Assembly: GCA_964187785.1 (NCBI GenBank)
Contig: OZ076409.1
Coordinates: forward strand, 5,148,001 to 5,212,000
Length of the DNA stretch: 64,000 bases
Source: Amphiscolops sp. MND2022
Taxonomy: Eukaryota
Direction: 5' to 3'
Part shown: piece after piece, positions 14,101 to 26,305 of the stretch
Layout: each line of letters starts with the position of its first letter
Numbering within the stretch: position 1 is the first letter of the stretch
Position numbers and translations under genes: made by a program
The notes under the pieces: generated by a model
Seen by the model: only the letters and a program-made list of their open reading frames with translations
What the model was told of the DNA's origin: nothing
Databases searched by the model: none

Positions 14101-17100
14101 ATTCTATTTTATCATTTTGCAAGATTTGACATCGGCGATGCAAAACTGACATCCGCTTGCAAGAAACTTGCAAGAGCAGTAAGTTTGGAAAGAAACTTGC
14201 AAGATAAGTGCAAGATTTCAATTTTTTTCCAAACTAGGGATAGTAGTTTTATACAACCGACTGTGAGCTCGGGTTTCGGGATGTCGAAAAGCATAGTAAA
14301 AAGCAAAATTTCTCCTCTGGAGTTAAATAAGACGCCCGGCTTAGCACCGGGATATTTCCTGCCTCAAGAATTTTAGGCGCCAGTCTCGGTTCGAACACCA
14401 CCTCTTGTTCCGCATTACCAACTGGGTCACTGTGACTAAAATATCTACATACTAAATGCAGTAATAAAGTGGGAATAATGACAGAATTTGGAAAAAACAC
14501 AGATGGTAATTTCCTCCCCCTACACAATCAATTGTGGGGGCGGAAAATAACGATAGTGCAATCCTGTTAGCAGGCTTCAGAAATAGGGGAGAATGGTGTA
14601 TTGGTTAGAGCATTCGACCTGTCAATTGAATCGCTCTCAACTCACCACTGTTGGGCCTTGAGCTAGTCCTACATCCTTCGGTGGGTGGGAAAAATCTGAA
14701 AAAGTATCGATGAGGAGTCAGACAATTGCGACCTTGAGCATGTCACTTTGAAACCACAGCTTCAAGCCGACTATTGCTTGACACTTGGCTGCAAACACGG
14801 TACCATAGCTTGCTATGGGGAGATAGTATCCGAAAGGGCACCGACTTAGCAAAGCAGAACTGCTGATTCGACGTCCAGCGGAAATTGAAAAAACGGCTCT
14901 TTTTCTGTTTTTTTTTCCCGCACCACCAAAATTTTTAAAAGTAAATTTCCTTATAAATTCAAGACTAGCCTAATTAAAAATAATTTTTTTCATAACCAGA
15001 AGTTAACGAGTATTATAATAATTTTTTGTCTGAACAAAACATTTTTCACACATTTTAACTGTGATTATATTCGAATTCACTGTTTGTTGTGACTCAAAAC
15101 AGGAAGCTGTTGAACTTCTTATTAAGACTGCGTGAATTCACACCGAAAAAGAGTGTGAACAAAGTTTGTATCTCAATTCTAAACTGTCACTCTGGAAATA
15201 AATATTAAAATGAAGGTTTCTGATTTGTAATCAAGTGTTTTCGTTATAATATTTTCATTAAATTTCCAAAAAGTTTTCGGTGTGTGTGTGTAGGGGGGGG
15301 GTTTGTGTACCGAAAAGAGCCGAAAAAAACTATACGATTATGTTACATTAGGTGGTTTTATGGGCGAGCAGTGGTTTCACCCCCTCACGCTTGCATTATG
15401 ACTCAGAATCGCAACTGCACTGCCTGTTAGATGGGAGAAAAGACTTCGTGCTCTATGACCCCAAGTACGCCCACATCTTCAAACTCAAGGAGACCTACAA
15501 AGGTTCAGGGGTCGGATTCTGTCCCTGGAACCCTGAGATTCTCAGGTAAATATTTACCCACAACGGAAGTTTCATGAGTAACACATTGAGGTCAAGTCTT
15601 AGCTCGATGAAAAAAATTATGGGACCATGTCGTCTATTCCCCCAAACTTCGGCTTGGGGGGGAAGACAGAAGGTTCATACCATTATGTCGACATCATTTG
15701 CGTTGTAAGTTTGGCCCAATAAAACAATCGATGTCGACATAATCCTATTCATTACAATGACTGTCAGTTGAAAGTTGCTCGTTAGATTTTATATCGGACA
15801 AAACTTGCGCTGAATTAGGGGCCTTTTTATACGATTTTAGCTGTTTCAAACGTGAATTTCTGCTATGTTAGACAAAAATATCAAAATATTATGGTATTTT
15901 TTTTACCTGAAGTGTCCAAACAGTTGTAGAGACAATCCTTTAAGTATATACATCCATATAATACTCTCTTATTAGTGAATAATTTTTATTCAAGAACAAA
16001 ATGTGCTTTCGTGTTGGGGTTATATTCCCAACAAGGTGTACCGGGGGGGGGGGGGTAGATGACATGGTCCAAATTATGCAACCTGAATGTTGGACAATTT
16101 ATATGCTCTTGTTTCACAGTTTCTTGAATGATCTATTAGCGTTGAAATTGGTTCAAGATTTTAAAAATGAATCAAACGTCTTTGTTCGCTTTTGCAAGAA
16201 ACAATGACAACCGTTTATAGGTACTGAAAATTGAAGTAATGATAAACTAAGATGACCTGTACCTTTCTGGGTATATGGGAAGAATCCCAGATTTTGTTTT
16301 TTTAAAAAAATCAGAGCAAATTATTGGCCGGAATGTACAGTAGAAGTTGGGTGTTAAACAAAACTTGCGTTAAGAAACAAAATCGATGCTTAGTTTAGGA
16401 CTCAAAATGTTTTTTATATACTATCAAGATCTGTTTTTTTTATAAAAAACCATTAGGAAAAATCCCACAGTGCCGAAAAATCTGAACAAAAGTACGAACA
16501 GACCTTTTCATAATTGATCGTTCTTTTACACGAAAAGTTTAACCCTAAATGGAAGATGGCACGATTTCGTACTTATTAGTTTCTGCAAGCTTCTGAAGGC
16601 ACTAGCTGACCATATGGTGAAGAAAACTCTTGAATAAGATTTTCAGACGATATTACATAGCTTCGCAAGCCTTTTCACGGAATATTGATTTGATGTCTCT
16701 GGAATCAAGAAAACGGGATAAAGAAATTGTTTTTCCAGCTTCCGTTTGTGGCCACTTTATCCCGCTGGTGTCAAGGTTGGGTCGCAGCGGCAATAGTATA
16801 CAGTGGAAGCCGCTTATATGGGTCTCCTCGGTACCGGGTATTCTTGTCTACTTATCGGTTGTCCGTTGTCTCTTATATCAGTAGTACAATATATTTGCTT
16901 CATTTCAGCGGGGACCGAAATATGCGTGCCAATTAAGCGTTGTCTCTTATACGCGTGTCCCATTTAAGGGGCTTCCACTGTATTTGGGTTAGCTTGGACC
17001 GGAGACACGAGACGTGCAAGCTTTTGGAGCAAAGTCCGGAGCCTCCAGCCCAGCAGTTGAGAAATCAAATTGAAAGCCCTGATTGTTTTATTTCGAACGC

Positions 17101-19906
17101 TTTATAAACTTTCGTCGGACTCCAATTAGTTTATTTAAAGTTTAAGCACCAGATTTTTGGATCGTTTTCCTCGTCCATTTAGGGTTATGATTTAGGCGAG
17201 CACTCTGAAAATGTTTATCTTTAAGTTTTTTGTTCAAGTGTGTACGAGAACCCGAAGCTGAGTCAGACGCCGTGGAGGTATGCGACCCTGTGGCCCGGAG
17301 ACTGTCTCTACATCCCGCAGGGTCACTTGCACCAGGTCAGGGCTCACGGCAGGTCATGGAGTCTGGCCTACCACTGGATTCACAGGTCAGGTCGCTATAG
17401 TGTACTCTCATTTTATTTGACCCAACAATGAACAAGCCGGGAACAGCCAAAGTTGGCGTCCCGCTCAAGTTTCCTAAATATGCAAAAGACACTATTTTCA
17501 AACACTTTTACCATTTTCTCAGTGCCAAAAAATGTTCCAAGAACACGCCTGAGACTCGGAAATTACTTTTTCTCCAACTGGAAACACAAAAAATTCATTT
17601 TTTTAAAATTATTTTTTTGGGGGAAAAGTCTCATAGTGCCGAAAATAGTTTCAGCTCGCAAAACTACTTTTCTCATGCCGAAATTAACTATGAAAACGGG
17701 GGGTACCCTCCGACCAAATGAAAGTTTCGGAAAGACGCACTGATGCGAAAAATCTGAAAAAAGGTATTTTCCACAATCATTAAGAAAACTCATCAGTTCC
17801 ACAGAATCAAAACGAAAGAGAAGAGGAAGACTCCTCTCAGATTCACTATGAGACTATTTCCTTTCCAAAAAACCTCAAGAAACCAAAAATTGCAGAAAAA
17901 ATTGACATTTTTTTCAATAGTTTTATAACCCAGTAAGTCTCATAGTGCTGAAAAAATTCTAAAGGGGGACCCCCTACTTTTGCAAAAATATTTTTTTGGT
18001 GGAGTGCGAGACTTGAACCCACGTACCCGCGCTTCTTAGACCGCGGGGAATCCGCGTAAACCACTAGGCCAAGAGTCAGACTGAAGATACTCGAAAAGTT
18101 GAAGAACTTCTGTTAGAGCTATTTTGGACAGATCAGGTGTATCGAAAACAATTGACGAAAAGCCATGACTATATTGGCTCTGTTTTAACGAAAAGCGCCG
18201 ACTAAAATAGAACAATTGTCAAATTTATAAAACTAAAATTTCATAAGTTCAAGTAAACAGAAAAATCAACAGAAATTCACTGAACTTTTACATTAAAATT
18301 GTATCTCTTCGTACCTTCAGATAAATTAAAATCACGCAACCAAGTTTAAAAGTTAAAAGCCCGAGAGAGAAAATTTTTCATTTGGACCATATTTTGGGTC
18401 AAAAACTTTTTCAGTGAACAGCAGTTTTTCAAACTGATTGAAATTCTCCGATTACGGGTGATTCAAACTACTCAACTTTCAGTGACTCAGCGGAATTCGA
18501 CGACTGTGCCGAAAAAGCGGACGCAGATATCCGTTTGAGTGACACCAAAGTGTTTTGGACTTACCAAGAAGGAGACAAACGAATTCGGGAAGATGTGATC
18601 AGCGCGAAAAACCTGCGAAAGTACCTGTCAAAACTGGCCAAACAGTCTGACGAAATCACTTACGAGAAATTCTATCACTTCATTGTGGAAGCCAACGAAA
18701 ATTTCAAAGATTTCGACGAAGGTTTGCTTGCTCATAATATTGTATTACGAAATTCTTAAAAATTCATGAATACAGTGGTATGGATTATAGCCGAACATGA
18801 TTAAAGACGAATAGTTTTATGTCAGAATAAAACTGAATTCTCGATTGTTATTGGCCAAACTACATGAGAAAGAAGCTTCAATTTCGTAACTATTATGTAA
18901 CAATTAAATGCAGTCAGAAGAAATGAAAGTAAATACATGTAGGTTCGGTTATAATCTCAAGCGGCTATGATCCCTTCGGCCAAAATCACGGCTACCCATA
19001 ACAAGCCGGGAACGGCCCAAGTCGGCGCCATATCTAAAGCTCAATAAGACTCGAAACCCACTTTTTTTCTACAACTGGAGACAACAAAAGCTCTCAAAAA
19101 ACTTGAGGAATTTTTTTTTCAATTTTTTTTCTGAAGTCTCCGGTAAGTCGCGTAGTGCCGAAAAATGTAAAAGGGGGGACCCTTTGGGATTTTTTGAACA
19201 TAAATTCTGTTGCAAAATATCAAAAAAATTGATGGGGGACCCTTTGGAGCAATAAAAAGTTCGGAAAAACTGAGAAATTTGAACAGTCTCACAGTGCCGA
19301 AAAAGGGGAAAAGTCTCATGGTGTCGAAAAAAGTGGAAAGGGGACCCTTCTGCTTTGGAATGGCTTAAGCTCTTCAATTTTTTGTTCTTCAACAATTGTT
19401 AGAGGCTTTGGATGCGTTGAAAATGAAGTACTAAGCACATATGGTAAAAGTGCATAATGCACAAAAAGTGGACCGATCGCTTTGAACTGACGAAAAAAAA
19501 CTAGCCACTGTAAGAGTCGAGTTTTTCTTCGAAAACGGCAGCCGTTGAAAAAACTTTGAATTTTGAAAGAACAAAAAAATGGAAAAGGTCTGTTACAGTT
19601 TGTTATTTACAGACCTTGTATTTGACCTTTACCTTAACCTTGACCCCTTGAATTTGACCTTGACCCCTAAATTTGACCTTGACCCCTTAAATTTGACCTG
19701 AAGTGACTTGACCTTTCTGTGCAGGAGACATCGATGACCCGAGTCAAGTGATTGACCCCGAAGAGATGTTCAGCAAACTCGTGCCCAAGGGGTCAAATGT
19801 CATCAAACTCAGTGACATCGAGAGGGCAAAGGACTCGGTGATGCGACAACTGGCCAAAATGGTGACACCTCCCCACACACACGCCAGCCCCAGAGACGAA
19901 TTGTAG
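8062..19906 (+). CDS. Multi-exon JmjC (cupin-like) 2OG/Fe(II) dioxygenase with C-terminal RDEL; 5'-partial (about 379 codons over 7 exons)
   Basis: Exons 8062-8176, 8703-8878, 13044-13128, 15352-15545, 17239-17385, 18483-18721 and 19725-19906 have AG acceptors and (except the last) GT donors with matching phases. They join without stops: PFGYQ...EDFYSSCVKKKIPCLFQ / DVMNGTDPMTKWDDKF / ...LWASSGFTPSRLHYDSESQLHCLLDGRKDFVLYDP / ...LWPGDCLYIPQGHLHQVRA / ...PRDEL*. HxD, K and distal H motifs are typical of JmjC. Confidence 0.9.
8703..8878 (+). CDS. JmjC gene exon (DVMNGTDPMTKWDDKFVETSFGKLNVSVERF...NYHHKEMFI)
   Basis: tttaag acceptor and ag|gttaga donor; phase 0 to 2; lies within ORF 8694-8897. Confidence 0.85.
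9011..9287. mobile_element. MITE with about 35-bp TIRs (CCCTA...TAGGG) and cttgcaaga-type internal repeats
   Basis: ccctaagttacaaaaatcacaactcttgcaaaatt pairs with aattttgcaagatttgtgattcttgtaacctaggg. Related cttg(c/t)aaga-rich tracts occur at about 8500-8640, 14110-14240, 49752-49920 and 50305-50545. Confidence 0.7.
12680..13030 (+). mobile_element. HINE/DINE-like family B, partial copy (3' end)
   Basis: ttttcggcactg core motifs and the terminal tttgagccttggatatagcgccgatt...cgttcccgttt shared with 62315-62662. Confidence 0.6.
13044..13128 (+). CDS. JmjC gene exon (STILKEMEGDVPMLPMINCGSIGDSLTE)
   Basis: Polypyrimidine tract plus cag acceptor and gag|gttagc donor; phase 2 to 0 bridges the neighbouring exons exactly. 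Confidence 0.8.
14326..14550 (-). mobile_element. Short copy of HINE-like family A
   Basis: Same ends as 1316-3833: aagacgcccgg...ccgggatatttcctgcc and gggggcggaaaata. Confidence 0.6.
14895..15321. mobile_element. Merlin-like MITE (GG...CC termini, about 8-bp TSD)
   Basis: ggctcttttt...aaaagagcc ends; flanks gaaaaaac / gaaaaaaac; body shared with the copies at 25565, 48826 and 52035. Confidence 0.7.
15352..15545 (+). CDS. JmjC gene exon with HxD motif (VVLWASSGFTPSRLHYDSESQLHCLLDGRKDF...)
   Basis: cattag acceptor and ag|gtaaat donor; ORF 15352-15549. Confidence 0.92.
16801..16980. mobile_element. Tc1/mariner/pogo-type MITE
   Basis: ta|cagtggaagccgcttatatggg...cccatttaaggggcttccactg|ta: 22-bp TIR with 2 mismatches and TA TSD. 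Confidence 0.85.
17239..17385 (+). CDS. JmjC gene exon with distal His (LWPGDCLYIPQGHLHQVRAHG)
   Basis: ttcaag acceptor and cacag|gtcagg donor (phase 2, matching the next exon); canonical JmjC 'PGD.LYIP..W.H.V'-like motif. Confidence 0.92.
17431..18207 (-). mobile_element. HINE/DINE-like family B copy containing a tRNA-like segment (about 18000-18072)
   Basis: Starts aacaagccgggaacagcc and ends gaaaagcgccgactaaaa; contains tctcatagtgccgaaaa core motifs. Minus strand reads tggcctagtggt...gtgggttcaagtc (A/B-box-like). Confidence 0.65.
18483..18721 (+). CDS. JmjC gene exon (DSAEFDDCAEK...EITYEKFYHFIVEANENFKDFDE)
   Basis: ctttcag acceptor and g|gtttgc donor; in frame with ORF 18535-18759. Confidence 0.85.
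19000..19552 (-). mobile_element. HINE/DINE-like family B copy
   Basis: Starts aacaagccgggaacggcccaagtcggcgccatatctaaagctc; ends near ctagccactgtaagagtcg. Confidence 0.65.
19725..19906 (+). CDS. JmjC gene last coding exon (DIDDPSQVIDPEEMFSKL...HASPRDEL*)
   Basis: ctttctgtgcag acceptor in phase 1; GC-richer coding-like sequence; TAG stop at 19904-19906. Confidence 0.88.
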
Positions 19907-20176
19907 CCCCTTTTATAAAAAATATAATATAAAAATTTATTATAATGTCATTTATTATTGTATATGATGTGTGATTCCCCCAGTCGGGATTGCATGTAAC
20001 GGTATTATATCGTTCCGAAATTTAATCCTATCTGTTTTGCTGATATTTTTTCTTTGAAATTTTGAAGAGTATTCACGTATTGACGCCCTGGATTGATTAG
20101 AAACTCAATTGGCGAAGAAGAACAGAGAAATGAAAGAGAAAAGATTTGACGATGTTTTATTAACTGTGGCTAGTAT

Positions 20177-23100
20177 CCCTAGTCGAGACTGTTAGGACTT
20201 TTTACATGCAGCAGACCTGCATGTTGGGTTTATTTTCATCAAAACCTAGAAAATTCAGTAAGCTTCTTGTATACATTGTACAAGTGCACTGCGGTTTCCA
20301 CTAGTAGTGAAATTGAAACATCACCGACACAATCACGTTGTTTTCACTCTTGATTTTTCAATTACTCGTCTGATGTATTCAATGCTTTTCAAGTAGCATG
20401 CTGAACAACATGACGCTTACTGACCGTTTAAGTGACCCCGTACTGACAAAATTTTGAATTCCAGGACTGCCAAGGATTTCCAAGGACTGGTAAGGCAACT
20501 TTCAGTACTGTAGTTATTTGAATTAAAATGGGTTACAACGTTTTATCAGTTGAATTCAACAGTTGCATTCAAGGTTAGAAAAGTTTCGCAGTGAAACCTG
20601 CAAAACATCAAGGCGTAAAAATGCCGACAAAAGTTTGCTGAACTTTTTCAAGCAGCTTGATAAAAAATAAATACAGCTGGGAAATATTTTCGCGTGTAAG
20701 TTCCCGTAATAGTTTTGGAAATCATGATAAAAATTGCAAGCCACATAAAAACTACATGCAACAAGTTTAAACAAAATTTATCTACTGTGGGAATTCTCTT
20801 TCTTTTTTAGCATAAATGGATTTGGAAAATCATGATCTGTGTTGCGTTTTTTTTCCAAATTCTGCCAAATCTCCACTTTTTACTCCTATTTATATATAAT
20901 CTCCTGGTGCTTATAAAAAGACCTGCCATTTGTCTGCCACCTAGCACGCTTTATCGATATCGTAAATGTTATATAGTTATCGTTATAGAACTATATTGCA
21001 TTATACTGAGAAGGATGCGGAGGTTAGAAAACAAGCCATCGCTTTTGAAGGCGGAAAATGTCCCGTTGCACAGCGGGCGTCTTGTCTTACTTCAGATGAC
21101 ACATCAGAACCGTTTGCTTAAAAAGGTTCAAAAGTTTCGGAGTTGACTTGGAAAGTTTCTGCGAACCTTACAGATATTCTTAACTCCAATCGAAAGGTTG
21201 CCAACAGAGTTTGAATCCCGGGCTAATATGAAGTTGTTTGAAAATTTTTGTTTGTCCAACATGTTTTTTTGAAAAAAAGATGTTTTTCCCACTATTTCAG
21301 GTTATTTTGACAACCTATTTGTTAAATTACAAAAAATTTTGTTCTTTGTTCCTACTCTCCAAGGTGTAAAAAGATCCAAATAAACTCATGCCAACAAAAG
21401 TTTTAAAAAAATCACTTTGTCTCTTAAAAAATGCTTTATTCTGAGAAAAAGTAGTTTGCTTTTTTGAAATTTTGTGGATAATCAAGCTAACAACAACATT
21501 CAGAAATTGTACAAAACTTGCTTGAAACGATCAGAAAAAGGAAGCAAAATTGCTTTTTGGCATTTTGCAATTTAACAGCTTCTTCGAAAAATTCAAACAT
21601 TTTCACGAATACAGGTGTTACGAACTTGATTTGTTACTGTCTGACAGCACCCTCGTTGAAACCGCTTGATTTTTCTGCATACTATTTGAAGTTGCCACCA
21701 ACGTTTGCTGAACTTTTTCAAGCAGCTTGATAAAAAATAAATACAGCTGGGAAATATTTTCGCGTGTAAGTTCCCGTAATAGTTTTGGAAATCATGATAA
21801 AAATTGCAAGCCACATAAAAACTACATGCAACAAGTTTAAACAAGATTTATCTACTGTGGGAATTCTATTTCTTTTTTAGCATAAATGGATTTGGAAAAT
21901 CATGATCTGTGTTGCGTTTTTTTTCCAAATTCTGCCAAATCTCCACTTTTTACTCCTATTTATATATAATCTCCTGGTGCTTATAAAAAGACCTGCCATT
22001 TGTCTGCCACCTAGCACGCTTTATCGATATCGTAAATGTTATATAGTTATCGTTATAGAACTATATTGCATTATACTGAGAAGGATGCGGAGGTTAGAAA
22101 ACAAGCCATCGCTTTTGAAGGCGGAAAATGTCCCGTTGCACAGCGGGCGTCTTGTCTTACTTCAGATGACACATCAGAACCGTTTGCTTAAAAAGGTTCA
22201 AAAGTTTCGGAGTTGACTTGGAAAGTTTCTGCGAACCTTACAGATATTCTTAACTCCAATCGAAAGGTTGCCAACAGAGTTTGAATCCCGGGCTAATATG
22301 AAGTTGTTTGAAAATTTTTGTTTGTCCAACATGTTTTTTTGAAAAAAAGATGTTTTTCCCACTATTTCAGGTTATTTTGACAACCTATTTGTTAAATTAC
22401 AAAAAATTTTGTTCTTTGTTCCTACTCTCCAAGGTGTAAAAAGATCCAAATAAACTCATGCCAACAAAAGTTTTAAAAAAATCACTTTGTCTCTTAAAAA
22501 ATGCTTTATTCTGAAGAAAAAGTAGTTTGCTTTTTTGAAATTTTGTGGATAATCATGCTAACAACAACATTCAGAAATTGTACAAAACTTGCTTGAAACG
22601 ATCAGAAAAAGGAAGTAAAATTGCTTTTTGGCATTTTGCAATTTAACAGCTTCTTCGAAAAATTCAAACATTTTCACGAATACAGGTGTTACGAACTTGA
22701 TTTGTTACTGTCTGACAGCACCCTCGTTGAAACCGCTTGATTTTTCTGCATACTATTTGAAGTTGCCACCAACGTTTGCTGAACTTTTTCAAGCAGCTTG
22801 ATAAAAAATAAATACAGCTGGGAAATATTTTCGCGTGTAAGTTCCCGTAATAGTTTTGGAAATCATGATAAAAATTGCAAGCCACATAAAAACTACATGC
22901 AACAAGTTTAAACAAGATTTATCTACTGTGGGAATTCTATTTCTTTTTTAGCATAAATGGATTTGGAAAATCAAAATCTGTGTTGCGTTTTTTTCCCAAA
23001 TTCTGCCAAATCTCCACTTTTTACTCCTATTTATATATAATCTCCTGGTGCTTATAAAAAGACCTGCCATTTGTCTGCCACCTAGCACGCTTTATCGATA

Positions 23101-24195
23101 TCGTAAATGTTATATAGTTATCGTTATAGAACTATATTGCATTATACTGAGAAGGATGCGGAGGTTAGAAAACAAACCATCGCTTTTGAAGGCGGAAAAT
23201 GTCCCGTTGCACAGCGGGCGTCTTGTCTTACTTCAGATGACACATCAGAACCGTTTGCTTAAAAAGGTTCAAAAGTTTCGGAGTTGACTTGGAAAGTTTC
23301 TGCGAACCTTACAGATATTTTTAACTCCAATCGAAAGGTTGCCAACAGAGTTTGAATCCCGGGCTAATATGAAGTTGTTTGAAAATTTTTGTTTGTCCAA
23401 CATGTTTTTTTGAAAAAAAAAGATGTTTTTCCCACTATTTCAGGTTATTTTGACAACCTATTTGTTAAATTACAAGAATTTTTGTTCTTTGTTCCTACTC
23501 TCCAAGGTGTAAAAAGATCCAAATAAACTCATGCCAACAAAAGTTTTTAAAAAATCACTTTGTCTCTTAAAAATTGCCTAATTCTGAGGAAAAGTATGCA
23601 GTTTGCTTTTTCAAAATTTTGTGGATAATAATGTTAACAACAACATTAAGAAATTGTACAAAACTTGCTTAAAACGATCAGAAGAAGAAAATAAAATTGC
23701 TTTTTGGCATTTTGCAATTTAACAGCTTCTTCGAAAAATTCAAACATCTGCACGAATACAGATGTTACGAACTTGATTTGTTACTACTGTCTGACAGCAC
23801 TCTCGTTGAAACTGCTTGATTTTTCTGCATTCTATTTAATGTTGTCACCAACGTTTGGTATTTTCGAAAACTCTCACGGAATTTTCCTGTGAAAAAACTT
23901 CTTTTTTTTCTATTGGACCTTTATCAAGCTGCTTGAAAGAAGTTTTAGCGGCGAATTTAGGTTTTGAAGTTTTGCAGGTTTCATTGCGAAACAGTTCTTA
24001 TTTTATATGCATTCTAGTTGCTATTACTTTTGCCGCAATTTCGATGCCAAACAATTTAAATACCAGTAGTGTAAAATGCTGTGTAATTCTACCAGATTTA
24101 CTGCCGAAATCTTACTGAAAGTTTTAAGTCTCATGGAAAGTAACCCTGTATGCAGGCTTGCAGCATGTAAAAGGTAACAGCAGTCTCGAATATGG
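20177..24195. mobile_element. Foldback-like non-autonomous TIR element enclosing a tandem array
   Basis: ccctagtcgagactg...acatgcagcagacctgcatg pairs with accctgtatgcaggcttgcagcatgtaaaa...cagtctcgaatatgg. A second inverted pair lies at about 20583-20665 vs 23921-23993. No TSD recognised. Confidence 0.6.
20634..23856. repeat. Tandem triplication of a 1070-bp unit
   Basis: Identical or near-identical ORFs recur with period 1070-1071 (20832/21902, with ends at 21146/22216/23287; 21593/22664). The third unit diverges at its 3' end. Confidence 0.95.
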
Positions 24196-24344
24196 CAGTA
24201 GACGAACCTTTTTAAAATTTACTGCCAGGAAATTAATTTTCGGCAACACTAAGAAAAAACGCCCGCTGAAAAAATATACGAGAATAAAGCAAGAATTGAA
24301 GACTCATTGCAGCAAGGCATATTAGAATAACAAGGTATATTAGA

Positions 24345-24700
24345 AGAAACCAGGAATGGCCCGCGTCTGCACCATGTCTAAGGCTGAAAAATAGCAAAAA
24401 GACTCCAAATTGTCAAAAACGTTATATCCGAACTTCGAGAACGTTACATCCGAACTTTGAAAACGTTGCATCCGAAGTTTGAAAACGTTACATCCGAACT
24501 TTGAAAACGTTCCATCCGAACTTTAAAAACGTCATATTCGAACTTTGAAAACGTTACATCCGAACAACTTTGAAAACGTTAAATTCGAACTTTGAAAACG
24601 TTTGAATAAATGAAGAAAAAAGTGGACCATTCAGAGTGAACTGAAAAAACTACCCACTGTTATAGTCGGGCACTTTTCTAAGGAAAGCTCCGACTGAAAA
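24345..24700 (-). mobile_element. HINE/DINE-like family B copy containing a minisatellite
   Basis: ccatgtctaaggctgaaaa near the start; end cactgttatagtcgggcacttttc...gaaagctccgactgaaaa. Confidence 0.6.
24416..24602. repeat. 22-bp minisatellite (aaaacgttacatccgaactttg), about 8.5 copies
   Basis: Contiguous units without spacers. Confidence 0.92.
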
Positions 24701-25564
24701 CACTTGAATGTATACTTTCAGCCGTTTGTGGTCTATCTCACTGCTTCATTTTGTTTAGCTAAAAATATGACTGAAGTGTTATCTCCGACTATCTTGGTAC
24801 AGTTTGTCTAAACAATTCCGAGCTTCTGATAAATAAATAGCTGAGATTTAAACTTTTGATAAGAGTTATCTCTTGAAAGAAAAAAAAGTAAATGACAAAA
24901 TTTTTTGTCCTTTACCCTTTTGAAATTTTGCCTGTAGTTTTTTTTGCAATATCTCATTCGCTTTCTTCCCGCAAAGCATTCAAAATTCGAAACACTAAAG
25001 GTAAAATATGAAAAATGATTGATTAGATGAGCTATGGTTGTCTCTGTGACCTCCATAAAAATAGAATCAACCCTTCCATTGACATAAAAATTTTTGAACA
25101 AACAGCGGAACTAATGCAATTTATGCATGTCAGATTAAGAACAAATCAAATTTATTTTCCCATTGGCATTTAGTAATCCATCTCAGAATTCGGCCAAACC
25201 TCGCTTATGACCCCAATATGATTTCATATTTAAGAACAAATTTAACATGATTATTTCAATAGACATAATGAAACTATTACTCCTGCCATATATATTAACC
25301 GTTAGCTAAATTCAGTTAACTTTCAAGGTAGCAGAGGTAAAAACACCGGAAAGTTTAAAATTTTAGAGCAAAAAATGTTTATCTAAAGCTATATTTTCAT
25401 GAAATTGAAAAAATAATTTGTTGCAAAAAAGGCACCGCAGTCGTAAAACTATTCGGTTCTTTTCAACCTCCCACCTGCATTTTTTCCCAAAAATTCTATT
25501 AACCTCACTGTCAAAACTCTCAATTACTCAGACATACAAGATTCCTTTTAGAGATAGAAATCAC

Positions 25565-25947
25565 GGTTCTTTTCTGTTTTCCCCGCCACCACCAAAATTT
25601 TTGAAAATAACCTTCCTTAAAAACTTTAGACTAGCCTAATTAAAAGTAAAACCTTCTTTCATAACGGGAAGTTAACTTCTATTGAAGTAGTTTTCCGCTT
25701 GAACAAAACATTATTCACACATTTTGACTATAATTATGTTCGTATTTAGTGTTTAATGATGATTCAAAACAGGAAGCGGTTTATTTTTTCATCAAAAATG
25801 CGTAACTACATAGGGAAAAAGTGTCACCCTGAGAATAAATTTAAAACTGAAGCTTTCTAGTTTGTATTCAAGTCGATTTTTTATAACATTTTCACAAACT
25901 TTCCAAAAAAATTTTGGTGGTGGGAGGGGGGGAAACAGAAAAGCGCC
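25565..25947. mobile_element. Merlin-like MITE
   Basis: gaaatcac|ggttcttttctgttttcccc...ggaaacagaaaagcgcc|gaaatcac: perfect 8-bp TSD. Confidence 0.85.
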
Positions 25948-26105
25948 GAAATCACAATATCTTTATTGATAAGAAGAATGTCATCGAATGTATTTTTGAG
26001 TCACGTAAAACAGTTACTTCGATCACATTCAAAGTCAAAAAGTTTGAAAGTTCTTGTGCCAACGAAAATCTTACTTCACATAAAATAAAGACTTCCGTTA
26101 CGATC

Positions 26106-26305
26106 NNNNNNNNNNNNNNNNNNNNNNNNNNNNNNNNNNNNNNNNNNNNNNNNNNNNNNNNNNNNNNNNNNNNNNNNNNNNNNNNNNNNNNNNNNNNNNN
26201 NNNNNNNNNNNNNNNNNNNNNNNNNNNNNNNNNNNNNNNNNNNNNNNNNNNNNNNNNNNNNNNNNNNNNNNNNNNNNNNNNNNNNNNNNNNNNNNNNNNN
26301 NNNNN
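26106..26305. other. Assembly gap (200 N)
   Basis: Run of N; GATC ends immediately before it and recurs 1 bp after it. Confidence 0.99.

Noticed and set aside
20832..23287. Repeated 104-aa and 83-aa ORFs as a gene cluster
   Set aside because: They recur only because the DNA is tandemly repeated; no recognisable domain, and the ATG of the 104-aa ORF is lost in the third unit.
24416..24602. Regular 22-bp repeats resembling a CRISPR array
   Set aside because: Units are contiguous with no unique spacers, there are no cas genes, and the context is eukaryotic.
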